DNA from: Patescibacteria group bacterium
Lineage (GTDB): Bacteria; Patescibacteriota; Minisyncoccia; Phycocordibacterales; PALSA-1337
Reading direction: 5' to 3'
Assembly: GCA_028865095.1 (NCBI GenBank)
Contig: JAGWLA010000001.1
Span: 47,244-111,243, forward strand
Length of the DNA stretch: 64,000 nt
The position numbers and the translations under genes were made by a program. This document shows, in pieces, positions 47,013 to 56,224 of the stretch. The first letter of the stretch is position 1. Every line of letters starts with the position of its first letter. Below the pieces are notes generated by a model. It saw only the letters and a list, made by a program, of their open reading frames with translations. It was not told the origin of the DNA and searched no databases.

Positions 47013-47453
47013 ATGCAGACCAATCATCTCAAAAGGATCCACCCCAACAAGAAGCGCATGACCGTCGCTCGCGGCGGCAAGCGCGGCAAGACTTCCGGCC
47101 GCGGAGGCAAAGGCCAGTCCGCTCGCGCGGGCAACAAGCGCCGCCCGGAATGGCGCGATATCATCAAGAAGCTCCCCAAGCTGCGCGGCCGCGGCGTCAA
47201 CCCGCACAAGCCCATCAGCGATAAGCCCGCCATCGTCGATCTGGCCATGCTCGAGTCGTCCTTCGAGAAAGGGCATGAGGTCACCCCGGCCATCCTTCTC
47301 GAGAAGGGGATCGTCGTCACCGCTTCCGGCCGCACCCCGGCCGTCAAGATACTCGGCGACGGCGAGATAACGAAGGCCTTGAAGATATCCGGCTGCGCCG
47401 CCTCGGCTTCGGCCAAGGCCAAGATCGAGAAGGCCGGCGGATCGTTGTCCTAG
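47013..47453 (+). CDS. rplO: 50S ribosomal protein L15
   Basis: L15 family. Directly follows rpsE with no L30 gene between. Confidence 0.92.
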   Translation: MQTNHLKRIHPNKKRMTVARGGKRGKTSGRGGKGQSARAGNKRRPEWRDIIKKLPKLRGRGVNPHKPISDKPAIVDLAMLESSFEKGHEVTPAILLEKGIVVTASGRTPAVKILGDGEITKALKISGCAASASAKAKIEKAGGSLS

Positions 47454-47464
47454 CGCGCACCCCG

Positions 47465-48760
47465 ATGCTCCAGAATTTCCTTACAAAACTGGCGGTCGCA
47501 TTCAAAGACCAGACGCTGCGCCGCCGGATCGGTTTCACCGTCGGCGCCCTCGTCGTCTTCCGCGTCTTGGCGGCCATCCCCATACCGAGCGTCAATCCCG
47601 CCACCCTCAACAGCCTCCTCAACTCGAGCCAGTTCTTCGGCTTCCTGAACATCTTCTCGGGCGGCGGCCTTTCCAACCTTTCCATCGTCATGCTCGGCGT
47701 CGGCCCGTTCATCACGGCGTCGATCATCGTCCAGGTCCTGACCATGGTCTTCCCGAGCTGGAAGTCGCTCATGCATGAAGAAGGGGATGCTGGCAGGGCC
47801 AAGCTCTCCCAGTATTCGCGCCTTCTGGCGGTGCCGCTGGCTCTCGTCCAGGCCGTCGGGTTCCTCATCCTCTTCCAGTCCGAGGGCGTCCTTCCGCACC
47901 TCCCGGCTTTCGCGTTCATCGTCAATGCCATCATCGTGGCGGCGGGCTCCATCCTCCTCACTTGGATCGGCGAGCTGGTGTCGGAATTCGGCATCGGCAA
48001 CGGCGTGTCGCTCATCATCTTCGCCGGCATCGTCTCCCGCTTGCCGGTGGCGTTCAGCCAGAATTACCAGAAGCTCATCTCTTCGGGGATGGCCAATCTG
48101 CCGTTCTATGTCATCGTCCTGGCCATCGCCGTCGCCGCAGTGGCGGGCGTCATATACGTGACCGAGGCCGAGCGCTCGGTGCCGGTCACCTACGCCAAGC
48201 AGGTCCGCGGCAACAAGGTCTACGGCGGCGCCTCGACCTATCTCCCGCTCCGCCTCAACCAGTCGGGCGTCATCCCCATCATATTCGCCCTTTCCATACT
48301 GCTCTTCCCGCAGGTCATATTCGGGGCGCTCGCCAAGTGGACGGCCCATCCGCTCATCGCTTCCTGGTCGCACTCGCTGGCCCTCTTGCTCACGCCCCCG
48401 TCCTGGCCGTACGGCATCCTCTATTTCTTCATGGTGGTCCTCTTCACCTATTTCTACACGGCAGTGACCTTCGACCCTGTGCTCATATCCGAGAATCTCC
48501 AGCGCTCGGGGGCTTTCATCCCCGGCGTGCGCCCGGGCGAGCACACCCGCGACTACCTCGGAGCGATCGTCACCAGGATCACCCTCGTCGGAGCGGTCTT
48601 CCTCGGCTCGGTGGCGGTATTGCCCCTCATCATCCAGGCATTCTCCCCGGATAGCACCCAATCTTTCGCCGTCGGCGGCACAGCCCTCCTCATCGTGGTG
48701 GCCGTGGTCCTCGACCTCCTCAAGAAGATCGACGCCCAAGTGGCGATGAGGGAATATTAG
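47465..48760 (+). CDS. secY: Preprotein translocase subunit SecY
   Basis: 10 TM helices with SecY family motifs. Confidence 0.95.
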   Translation: MLQNFLTKLAVAFKDQTLRRRIGFTVGALVVFRVLAAIPIPSVNPATLNSLLNSSQFFGFLNIFSGGGLSNLSIVMLGVGPFITASIIVQVLTMVFPSWKSLMHEEGDAGRAKLSQYSRLLAVPLALVQAVGFLILFQSEGVLPHLPAFAFIVNAIIVAAGSILLTWIGELVSEFGIGNGVSLIIFAGIVSRLPVAFSQNYQKLISSGMANLPFYVIVLAIAVAAVAGVIYVTEAERSVPVTYAKQVRGNKVYGGASTYLPLRLNQSGVIPIIFALSILLFPQVIFGALAKWTAHPLIASWSHSLALLLTPPSWPYGILYFFMVVLFTYFYTAVTFDPVLISENLQRSGAFIPGVRPGEHTRDYLGAIVTRITLVGAVFLGSVAVLPLIIQAFSPDSTQSFAVGGTALLIVVAVVLDLLKKIDAQVAMREY

Positions 48761-48768
48761 CCGCAGAG

Positions 48769-48793
48769 AGCCGCGCGCCGCGCGGCTTTTTTT
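48769..48793 (+). terminator. Intrinsic terminator after secY
   Basis: GCCGCGCG-CCG-CGCGCGGC hairpin followed by TTTTTTT. Confidence 0.6.
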
Positions 48794-48795
48794 GT

Positions 48796-48801
48796 TATAA
48801 T
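48796..48801 (+). promoter_or_regulatory. TATAAT -10 box 9 nt upstream of the adk ATG
   Basis: TTGTTATAATCGCCGCATCATG. Confidence 0.45.
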
Positions 48802-48810
48802 CGCCGCATC

Positions 48811-49419
48811 ATGACGAAACCGCAATCATATATATTCATAGGAAGGGCAGGATCGGGGAAAGGGACGCAGGGGAAGCTTTTGGTAGAGGCTCTGAAAAAG
48901 GCCGACCCCGGGCGCTCCGACCTCTACATCGAGACGGGAGCAGAGTTCCGGAAATTCATGCAGGGGGAGCAATACACGGCCAAGCTGAGCAAGCGGCTGG
49001 TGGAATCGGGAGGGCTCATGCCCGAATTCATGCCCGTGTATCTGTGGGGCAAGCTCCTCGTCGAGGCATATACGGGAGAGCAGCATATCGTCTTCGACGG
49101 CACGCCGCGCAAGCTGCTCGAAGCGCAGGTGCTGGACCAGATGTTCCCGTTCTACGGCCTCGAGATGCCATGGGTCATATATCTCGACGTCGAGCATGAA
49201 GAGTCGGCCAAGCGCCTCTCGCTCCGGGCGCAGAAAGGCGGCCGGAAGGACGACGGGCCGGAAGCCATCGAGAAAAGGCGCGTCGCATACGAGCGCGACG
49301 TCAAGCCGACGGTCGACTGGTACCGCGCCAATCCCAACGTCCGCTTCTTGGACATCGACGGAGAGCGCTCGATAGAGGAGATACACGCCGATATTGTGAA
49401 AAAAGTGGGATTGGCGTAA
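48811..49419 (+). CDS. adk: Adenylate kinase
   Basis: P-loop GRAGSGKGTQ and AMP-binding/LID segments. Confidence 0.9.
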   Translation: MTKPQSYIFIGRAGSGKGTQGKLLVEALKKADPGRSDLYIETGAEFRKFMQGEQYTAKLSKRLVESGGLMPEFMPVYLWGKLLVEAYTGEQHIVFDGTPRKLLEAQVLDQMFPFYGLEMPWVIYLDVEHEESAKRLSLRAQKGGRKDDGPEAIEKRRVAYERDVKPTVDWYRANPNVRFLDIDGERSIEEIHADIVKKVGLA

Positions 49420-49428
49420 TGTAACGCC

Positions 49429-50196
49429 ATGATCCGGCTCAAGACAAAGGAAGATATCGCCCTCCTCCGCGAGGGCGGGGCGCGGCATGCCGCCATCATG
49501 CGAGAGCTCGCTGCCATGGTGAAGCCGGGGCTTCGCGCCGACGAGCTCGAAGCCAAGGCCGAAGCGCTCATCGCGGCCGGCGGCGACCAATCGGCTTTCA
49601 AAGGCTATCGGCCGGAAGGGGCGGAGCGCCCGTTCCCGGCGTCCCTCTGCGTCTCGGTCAACGAAGAGGTCGTCCATGGCATACCGAACGAGAGCGACAA
49701 GACGCTCAAGGAGGGCGACATAGTCACCCTCGACCTCGGCCTCGTGCATAAGGGCATGATCACCGACATGGCCGTGACCGTGCCGGTGGGGAAGATCGCG
49801 CCGGAGCTCGCCGCGCTGCTCGATTGCACCCGCCGGGCCCTGAACGCGGGCATCAAAGCCGCCCGGGGCGGCAAGCGGGTCGGCGACGTGAGCGCGGCCA
49901 TCGAGAGGGTCGGCGTCGCGGGCGGGTTCGGCATCGTGGAAGAGCTCGCGGGCCACGGCGTCGGCTACCATGTCCATGAGGACCCGTTCGTGCCCAATTA
50001 CGGCGAGCCGGGCAAAGGGCCGGTCCTGAAGCCCGGCTTGGTCATCGCCATCGAGCCCATATTCAATCTCGGCGAGCGCTTCGTGGAGCTCGGCCCGGAC
50101 GGCTATACGTACGTCGCGACGGACGGGAAGCCGAGCGCCCACTTCGAGCACACCGTCCTCATCACCAAAGGGGGAGCCGAGGTGCTGACCGCTTGA
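49429..50196 (+). CDS. map: Methionine aminopeptidase type I
   Basis: Pita-bread fold, metal ligands in the D..D..H..E..E pattern. Confidence 0.92.
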   Translation: MIRLKTKEDIALLREGGARHAAIMRELAAMVKPGLRADELEAKAEALIAAGGDQSAFKGYRPEGAERPFPASLCVSVNEEVVHGIPNESDKTLKEGDIVTLDLGLVHKGMITDMAVTVPVGKIAPELAALLDCTRRALNAGIKAARGGKRVGDVSAAIERVGVAGGFGIVEELAGHGVGYHVHEDPFVPNYGEPGKGPVLKPGLVIAIEPIFNLGERFVELGPDGYTYVATDGKPSAHFEHTVLITKGGAEVLTA

Positions 50197-50202
50197 TCTG
50201 CT

Positions 50203-50208
50203 ATAATC
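50203..50208 (+). promoter_or_regulatory. TATAAT -10 box 12 nt upstream of the ndk ATG
   Basis: GCTATAATCAACCTCACTACCATG. Confidence 0.4.
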
Positions 50209-50220
50209 AACCTCACTACC

Positions 50221-50838
50221 ATGACCCACCGGACGAAGCACCCCAAGCACGAGCGCACGCTCGTCGTCATAAAGCCCGACGGCATCCAGCGCTCCCTTAT
50301 CGGCGAGATCATCAAGCGCTATGAGCGGATCGGCCTGAAGCTCGTCGGCGTGAAGATGCTCGTGCCCAGCGCCGAATTCGTGGAGAAACACTATACGCTC
50401 GACCCCGAATGGCGCATGAAGACCGGCTTGAAGACCCTCAAAGGCTATGCCGACAAGGGCTTGAAGCCGCCCATCGACGACCCGCTGGAGATCACCCGCA
50501 TATTGCTCAAGCGCCTCTCCGACTATCTGACCAAAGGCCCCGTTATCGCCATGGTCTGGCAGGGCGCCCATGCCGTGGAGATCGTCCGCAAGGTCACCGG
50601 CGGCACGGAGCCGTTGGCATCGGCCGATATCGGCACCATCCGCGGCGATTTCGCCCTCGATTCCTATCAGATGAGCGACGGGGACAGCCGTTCGGTGCGC
50701 AACCTCGTCCACGCCTCGGGCTCCGCCAAGGAAGCGGAAGACGAGATCGCCCATTGGTTCTCGGAAGCGGAGCTCTTCGACTATCATCTGCTCGTCGAGC
50801 AGATGATATACGGCCCTTCGCTTGACGGCATCCTTTGA
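50221..50838 (+). CDS. ndk: Nucleoside diphosphate kinase (long form with an insertion)
   Basis: ERTLVVIKPDG and NLVHASGSAKEAEDEIAHWF active-site region. Confidence 0.88.
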   Translation: MTHRTKHPKHERTLVVIKPDGIQRSLIGEIIKRYERIGLKLVGVKMLVPSAEFVEKHYTLDPEWRMKTGLKTLKGYADKGLKPPIDDPLEITRILLKRLSDYLTKGPVIAMVWQGAHAVEIVRKVTGGTEPLASADIGTIRGDFALDSYQMSDGDSRSVRNLVHASGSAKEAEDEIAHWFSEAELFDYHLLVEQMIYGPSLDGIL

Positions 50839-50851
50839 GGAGGACTACAAT
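50822..50851 (+). promoter_or_regulatory. Sigma-70-type promoter TTGACG-N18-TACAAT inside the 3' end of ndk, driving the candidate sRNA
   Basis: CTTGACGGCATCCTTTGAGGAGGACTACAAT. Confidence 0.45.
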
Positions 50852-50858
50852 ATACCCA

Positions 50859-51009
50859 GGGTGCGGGAGTAAACCCTATAAAATCTTTTACGGGAGACCG
50901 CATTCATCGGCATCTTGGTGCCGGCGAGAGGTCACCCACCTGGTATAACCAGGTTGACTCCCGCACACCTACGAAGGACGCCTGCATCCGAACGGACGCA
51001 GGCGCTTTT
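50859..51009 (+). ncRNA. Candidate structured small RNA (~150 nt): multi-hairpin fold closed by a 10-11 bp stem, then an intrinsic terminator
   Basis: GGGUGCGGGAGU (50859-50870) pairs with ACUCCCGCAC within 50957-50969, enclosing three hairpins (including CGGCA-UCUUGG-UGCCG and CCUGG-UAUAA-CCAGG). Terminator CGCCUGC-loop-GCAGGCG + CUUUU at 50979-51009. No matching known RNA family identified. Confidence 0.4.
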
Positions 51010-51055
51010 CGCGCCTCATCGGGCGTCCTGATGGCTTTCTGCGCCGCCTCTCGGG

Positions 51056-51061
51056 TATAAT
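51056..51061 (+). promoter_or_regulatory. TATAAT -10 box 6 nt upstream of ATG 51068 (leaderless)
   Basis: GGGTATAATGGGCCGATG. Confidence 0.45.
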
Positions 51062-51067
51062 GGGCCG

Positions 51068-52447
51068 ATGAGCGGCGATCGAGCATCGAGGCTGACGTTC
51101 GTGACGGGCGTAGGAACCGTGACCGGCGCCAATTTCCTGCTCGAAACGCCTGCAGGCTCGAAGGTCCTCGTCGACTGCGGCATGGTCCAAGGAGAGAAGG
51201 TGGCTCAAAAGGAGAATGCGGAAGCGTTCCCGTACGACCTCGCTTCCGTCTCCGCCCTGGTCGTCACCCATGCCCATCTCGACCACGTCGGCCGCATCCC
51301 CAAGCTCGTCAAGGATGGGTACCGAGGGCCGATATATTCGACGCCCCAGACGCTCGAGCTGGGGCGGCTCGTCCTCGAAGATGCCGTCGGCATCATCGCC
51401 GACGAAGCCCGCCGGAACGGGACCGAGCCTCTCTATTCCGCCGAAGACGTGGCCCGGATATTCCCTCAATGGAAGACGGTCGGCTACCATGAGAAGCTTT
51501 CCGTCGCGGCCGACGTATCCGTCTATCTCAAAGACGCCGGCCACATACTCGGATCGGCGATGGTCGAGGCTACGGTGGCCGGCGGCCCGAAGGTCCTCTT
51601 CACCGGGGACCTTGGGAACTCCCCGCACCCGCTCCTCCGCGACACCGAGCCCGTCGGAGACGTCGATTATATGGTCATGGAGAGTGTCTATGGGGACCGC
51701 AACCATGAATCGCGCGACGACAGGACGTCCAAGCTCCGCTCGGCGATCGACGAGACCATGAAGAAAGGAGGGACTCTCGTCATACCGTCGTTCGCCCTCG
51801 ACCGCAGCCAAGTGCTGCTCTACGAGCTCAACATGCTCGTCAGGGAAGGGAAAGCGCCGTCGGTGCCGGTCTTCTTCGATTCGCCTATGGCGGAGAAAGC
51901 CACGGCGGTATATGCCGCCAGCACGGGCCTCTTCAACGACGCCGCCAAAGCGAAGATCGCGGCGGGCGACAAGCTGTTCTCATTCCCGCATTTGAAGTTC
52001 GTCGAAGACCAGAGGGAGTCGCGGGCCATCGACGGCCTGAAGCAGGCCAAGATCATCATGGCCGGGGCGGGCATGTCGGTAGGCGGCAGGGTCATCAACC
52101 ATGAGCTCCACTATCTCTCCGACCCTAAGAGCACCATCCTTCTGGTCGGCTACCAGTCGCCCGGGTCGCTCGGCAGGGAATTGGCCGACGGGGCCAAGAA
52201 GGTCCGCATCCATGGCGAGGAGGTCGAGGTCAAAGCGGCGGTCGAGACGCTCTACGGTTTCTCCGCCCACAAGGACAGCGACCACCTGGTGGAGTTCGTC
52301 TCCACTGCGACGGACCGGCTGAAGCAGGTCTTCGTGGCTATGGGAGAGCCGGGCGCGTCCATGCACCTCGCTCAGCGCTTGAACGACGAGCTGGGCGCGC
52401 ATGCGGTCGTTCCGGAGCGGGGGACCGCGTATACGCTGGAAGCGTAG
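51068..52447 (+). CDS. RNA-metabolising metallo-beta-lactamase / beta-CASP family ribonuclease (RNase J-like)
   Basis: VTHAHLDHVGRIP (HxHxDH), beta-CASP motifs, C-terminal His. Confidence 0.75.
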   Translation: MSGDRASRLTFVTGVGTVTGANFLLETPAGSKVLVDCGMVQGEKVAQKENAEAFPYDLASVSALVVTHAHLDHVGRIPKLVKDGYRGPIYSTPQTLELGRLVLEDAVGIIADEARRNGTEPLYSAEDVARIFPQWKTVGYHEKLSVAADVSVYLKDAGHILGSAMVEATVAGGPKVLFTGDLGNSPHPLLRDTEPVGDVDYMVMESVYGDRNHESRDDRTSKLRSAIDETMKKGGTLVIPSFALDRSQVLLYELNMLVREGKAPSVPVFFDSPMAEKATAVYAASTGLFNDAAKAKIAAGDKLFSFPHLKFVEDQRESRAIDGLKQAKIIMAGAGMSVGGRVINHELHYLSDPKSTILLVGYQSPGSLGRELADGAKKVRIHGEEVEVKAAVETLYGFSAHKDSDHLVEFVSTATDRLKQVFVAMGEPGASMHLAQRLNDELGAHAVVPERGTAYTLEA

Positions 52448-52596
52448 GAAGGCTGCAAGAAGGCGCGAGGAAAAGCGTTCGAGGAAACTTTCGGAGGCCG
52501 ATGCCAGCAGGCAGAGGCCGAGAACGAGACGCGGGCCCCTGCAGGGGCCCGACGTCGTTTTCCGAGAACGTTATTTCCTCGCGCCTTCCCGCGCCT

Positions 52597-52950
52597 TTAC
52601 GCTTTCACCGAGGCGACGATCTTCTTGAAGGCTTCCGGCTTGGAAGCGGCGAGCTCGGCCAATATCTTGCGGTCGATGGCGATGCCCTGCTTCTTGGCGG
52701 CGCCGATCCACTTGCTGTAGGAGAGCTTCGGGTCGATGGCGCGCAAGCCGGCATTGATCCTGACGTTCCAGAGGCGGCGGAAGTCGCCCTTCTTGTCCCT
52801 GCGATGGGCGAAGGAATAGGCGCCCGCATGGGCGAGGGCTTCGTTGGCGGCGCGCTCGGTGTTCGAGCGGCGGAAGCGGAAGCCTTTGGCCTGGCGGAGG
52901 ACGCTGCGGCGGTTCTTAAGGGCGTTGACTGCTTTCTTGACGCGGGTCAT
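52597..52950 (-). CDS. rplT: 50S ribosomal protein L20
   Basis: MTRVKKAVNALKNRRSVLRQAKGFR matches the L20 N-terminus. Confidence 0.93.
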   Translation of the reverse strand: MTRVKKAVNALKNRRSVLRQAKGFRFRRSNTERAANEALAHAGAYSFAHRRDKKGDFRRLWNVRINAGLRAIDPKLSYSKWIGAAKKQGIAIDRKILAELAASKPEAFKKIVASVKA

Positions 52951-52980
52951 GGGAGTGAGATGAGAGGATTAGGCGCGGTA

Positions 52981-53172
52981 TTAAACGGTGGCGAGGAAAC
53001 GGCTCTTGGCTTTGTTGGCCATATGGACGGTAGCCAGCCGGCGCTTCGATCCGGAGACGCGGGTGCGCTCCTTGGCGTTGAAATGGTTCTGGCCGGGCTT
53101 GCGCGACAGGATCTTGCCGTTCTTGGTGACCTTGAAGCGCTTCAGATATGATTTTGTTGATTTGATGGACAT
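52981..53172 (-). CDS. rpmI: 50S ribosomal protein L35
   Basis: 63 aa basic protein (MSIKSTKSYLKRFKVTKNGK) matching the L35 family. Confidence 0.88.
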   Translation of the reverse strand: MSIKSTKSYLKRFKVTKNGKILSRKPGQNHFNAKERTRVSGSKRRLATVHMANKAKSRFLATV

Positions 53173-53184
53173 GGTATGTGTCTG

Positions 53185-53694
53185 TTATTTCTTCTCGACG
53201 TATATCGTCAGCCCCTTCGGTCCTTTGACGGCGTCCTGGGCCACCCTATATTCGACGGTGATGAGCTTCAGGATGCGCTCCAGGCGCTCTTTCAGGAAAT
53301 TGATGTCCATATACTTGGAGCGGCCGACGAGGAAGAGGTCGATCTTGACCCGGTTGCCTTCGGAGAGCCATTCGGACACCTTCTTGGCTTTCAGGGTGAG
53401 GTCGTGCTCGCCGGTGCCGATCTTGATCTGGATGCTCTTGACCTCGGTGGTCTGGGTCTTGGCCCGGGCGGATTTGACCTTCTTCTTCTCGTCGTAAAGG
53501 AACTTGCCGTAATCCATGATCTTGGCCACGGGAGGGACGGCGGTCGGCGATATCTCTATCAGGTCGAGGCCGCGGGTGCGGGCTTCTTCGAGGGCCTTGC
53601 TAAGAGGCAGGACGCCGAGGTTCTCCCCTTCGGCGGCGATGACCCGGAGCTCGGGGGCCTTGATCTGATGGTTGATTTTGACGCGGATAGCCAA
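53185..53694 (-). CDS. infC: Translation initiation factor IF-3
   Basis: INHQIKAPELRVIAAEGENLGV matches the IF-3 N-domain, with an IF-3 C-domain. Start codon uncertain (IF-3 often uses a non-ATG start). Confidence 0.9.
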   Translation of the reverse strand: MAIRVKINHQIKAPELRVIAAEGENLGVLPLSKALEEARTRGLDLIEISPTAVPPVAKIMDYGKFLYDEKKKVKSARAKTQTTEVKSIQIKIGTGEHDLTLKAKKVSEWLSEGNRVKIDLFLVGRSKYMDINFLKERLERILKLITVEYRVAQDAVKGPKGLTIYVEKK

Positions 53695-53771
53695 TGTGGA
53701 CGATATATGGGTTACAGGGGGTATTTATAGCACGAGAGACGGCCATAGCGCAAGGGGAAGGGCCTGCGCGC

Positions 53772-54872
53772 TCACAGGAACTTCCGGACGAGCTTGATGG
53801 CGTATTCGGGGAGCTTTTCGATGAAGAAGCGGGCTTTCCATTCATGCGGAAGGACCTCTTTGGACACGCTCATATCCCTGACGAAATGGGCGGCGAGCTC
53901 TTCGGCGAAGCGCGAGCTCGTGGAGACCATGTTGGCCTCGAAGTTATACAGCAGGCTGACGTTGTCGAGGTTGAGGGAGCCGACCGCTGCCCATTCGTCG
54001 TCGATGACGACGGTCTTGCCGTGGATGATGTCGCGCCCGTTGCCGTGGTGGCCCGGATAGAGGAATATGCGGGCGCCCGATTCGAGCAGGGACGAGAAGA
54101 AAGAGCGGGCGGCGATGTCCAGGGCGGGGTAATGGTCGGAGCGCTCGGGGATGATGATGCGCACGTCCACGCCGCGGTGGGCGGCCAGCTTGATGACGCG
54201 GAGCAGGCGATGGGTGGGCACGAAGTAGGGGGTGGTGACGTACAGATAGCGCTCGGCTCCGCGGATGGCCTCGACCAGCTCGCGGTATATGCGCCGCTTG
54301 CCGGGGGCGGGATAGTTGGTGACGTAGCGGAATTCGAGGTCGCGCGCGGGGCGGTCCTTGGGCAAGGGGCGGGTCTTGGCCGCCCGGGCCCACATCCGGT
54401 CGAAGGCGCTCTGCATGGAGCGGACCACCGGCCCTTCGAAGCGGGCGTTCGTGTCGCGCCAGTTCTTCATGCTGTCGCGCACGCATATGCTCCCGGTGTA
54501 GCCGACCGCGCCGTCGATGACCATGGTGCGCCGGTGGTTGCGCAGGAACCATGAGCGGATGTCCGGCACTTTGAAGTAGCCGGGGATGAGGGTGCGCCAG
54601 AAGAGGAGCTCGATGCCCTTGCGGCGCAGGTCTTCGGCGATGCTCGACCCCCAGAAAGTGAAGCTGCCGGCCGCATCCCAGAGGAAGCGCACTTTGACGC
54701 CGGCGGCGGCGCGCTCGGCGCAGACGTCGATGAGCTTGTTGCCGAAGTCGTCGGCATAGAAGATGAACTGCTCGAGGACGATGGACTTCTTGGCGGCGGC
54801 GCAATCGGCGAGCATGGCCGCCCAGGCGTCTTCGTTGGAGGCATAGAGCTCCCAGGCGGTTCTTTGTTCCAT
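53772..54872 (-). CDS. cls: Phospholipase D family protein (cardiolipin synthase-like), two HKD-type motifs
   Basis: HGKTVVIDDEWAAVGSLNLDNVS (HKD) and HRRTMVIDGAVGYTGSICV (first motif, with K replaced by R). Start at MEQRTAW. Confidence 0.65.
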   Translation of the reverse strand: MEQRTAWELYASNEDAWAAMLADCAAAKKSIVLEQFIFYADDFGNKLIDVCAERAAAGVKVRFLWDAAGSFTFWGSSIAEDLRRKGIELLFWRTLIPGYFKVPDIRSWFLRNHRRTMVIDGAVGYTGSICVRDSMKNWRDTNARFEGPVVRSMQSAFDRMWARAAKTRPLPKDRPARDLEFRYVTNYPAPGKRRIYRELVEAIRGAERYLYVTTPYFVPTHRLLRVIKLAAHRGVDVRIIIPERSDHYPALDIAARSFFSSLLESGARIFLYPGHHGNGRDIIHGKTVVIDDEWAAVGSLNLDNVSLLYNFEANMVSTSSRFAEELAAHFVRDMSVSKEVLPHEWKARFFIEKLPEYAIKLVRKFL

Positions 54873-54953
54873 GGGGGCAAGTATATAGCATCGCCCGGCA
54901 AATAAAAGCCCCGATCCATTGGAGGATCGGGGTGAGGGGAGGCGGCGCAAGAA

Positions 54954-55163
54954 TCAATAGAGCGCCGGCGAACCGAACCCATCGGCCAGAACGATGCTGG
55001 ACCAGATGAGAGCGGCGATGGCTACGGCAATGACGGGAACGGCCAGGACTAACAGCGCGGTGACAGCTTCCCGCTTCTTCCAGAAAGGAATGCGGGGAAC
55101 GGCAGGAGCGCGGCGCCCAGGCGTTGCCACGTGATGCGGCAGGAAAAGAGCGATAGTTTTCAT
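54954..55163 (-). CDS. Hypothetical small membrane protein
   Basis: 69 aa with a C-terminal TM helix. Weak support. Confidence 0.3.
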   Translation of the reverse strand: MKTIALFLPHHVATPGRRAPAVPRIPFWKKREAVTALLVLAVPVIAVAIAALIWSSIVLADGFGSPALY

Positions 55164-55249
55164 AGGACTGGTATAATACTGACACAGTAGGTTATTTTGT
55201 CAATGCTCTTTTCCGGATTACCTGTGGACAAATATGCTACGATATCGCC

Positions 55250-55696
55250 ATGCCCGCCCTCATCGATCATAAGAAAGCCCGCTTCAACTACGAGATCCTC
55301 GAGACATTCGATGCCGGGGTGGAGCTTTCGGGCACGGAGGTCAAATCATTGAAGAAAGGGCAGGGCGCGCTCGACGGCGCCCATGTCATCGTCAGAGGGG
55401 GAGAGGCCTATGCCGTAGGGATGTTCGTCCCGCCGTACCAGGAGAAGAACGCGCCCGCCGGCTATGACCCGCGGCGGAACCGGCGGCTCCTGCTTTCCCG
55501 TAAGGAGATCGCGCGGCTCGCGTCTCTGGAGGGTGGCAGAGGTTTGACAATAGTGCCAATTTCAGTGTACACTAAGGGACCTCTGGTCAAGATCTCGGTA
55601 GCGGTGGTGCGCGGCAAGAAGGCTCATGACAAGCGCGAGTCCATCAAGCGCCGCGAATCGGACCGCGAGATCTCCAGAGCGATGAAGGATCGTTGA
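55250..55696 (+). CDS. smpB: SsrA-binding protein SmpB
   Basis: NYEILETFDAGVELSGTEVKSL...NRRLLL matches SmpB. Confidence 0.92.
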   Translation: MPALIDHKKARFNYEILETFDAGVELSGTEVKSLKKGQGALDGAHVIVRGGEAYAVGMFVPPYQEKNAPAGYDPRRNRRLLLSRKEIARLASLEGGRGLTIVPISVYTKGPLVKISVAVVRGKKAHDKRESIKRRESDREISRAMKDR

Positions 55697-55705
55697 AAGA
55701 CCAAT

Positions 55706-56068
55706 GGGGATGATCGGCATAGACAATCGCCGGCGTCCGTTCGTGCGGCTCGAGCTCCGATGACTCGTAAATCCGTCGGAAACTCCGAAATGCCAACGTC
55801 AAATCGCCGTATTTCTCGGCACGCGACTTCGCATTCGCCCTCGCTTAAGTAGGGCGCGTCTCCTCGAGGGGATCCATACCTTGAGGCTGATGTCATAACC
55901 CGGATGTAGGGCAGGGCGCCTTCTCACCGCCCGGCCCGAAACAATGAGATCGCGGCCATGCGTTCTGCTCGATCTTCGAGCATGTCCGTCAGACTTAAGA
56001 TCGCGCTACAGCCGTAGAGTCGTCCGGTTCGCCTCGATTGCACGCGGGTTCGATTCCCGCCATCTCCA
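55706..56068 (+). ncRNA. ssrA: tmRNA (SsrA), immediately downstream of smpB
   Basis: 5' GGGGAUG acceptor pairs with 3' CAUCUCC + A. tRNA-like T-arm GGGUUCGAUUCCC. Resume region AAAUGCC AAC GUC... gives the predicted tag ANVKSPYFSARDFAFALA ending at UAA. CCA is not encoded. Confidence 0.8.
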
Positions 56069-56079
56069 CAACGACAAAA

Positions 56080-56109
56080 ATGACCCGCACTGCCGTGGGT
56101 CATTTTTTG
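56080..56109 (+). terminator. Intrinsic terminator after tmRNA
   Basis: ATGACCCGC-ACTGC-CGTGGGTCAT hairpin followed by TTTTTT. Confidence 0.6.
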
Positions 56110-56224
56110 GCGTCTGTGTGTACAGATGGCGGGATGAAGAAGGCCGGAGCGATGCCGAGCCAGCAGGCGAGGCCGCGAGGCGGGGTCGCGGCCGAGCGAG
56201 GCTGGCCGAGCGAGAGCCGTGACC

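Noticed and set aside
45021-50787. Minus-strand ORFs of 434, 429 and 653 aa over rpsH-rplR, secY and adk-map-ndk
   Set aside because: All are antisense to well-supported genes and have repetitive D/G/R/E-rich composition.
50859-50969. Possibility that the structured element after ndk is the SRP (4.5S) RNA or 6S RNA
   Set aside because: It lacks the conserved SRP domain IV sequence (GGAAGGAAGCAGC-type) and is shorter than 6S RNA, with a different architecture. Kept only as an unclassified sRNA candidate.
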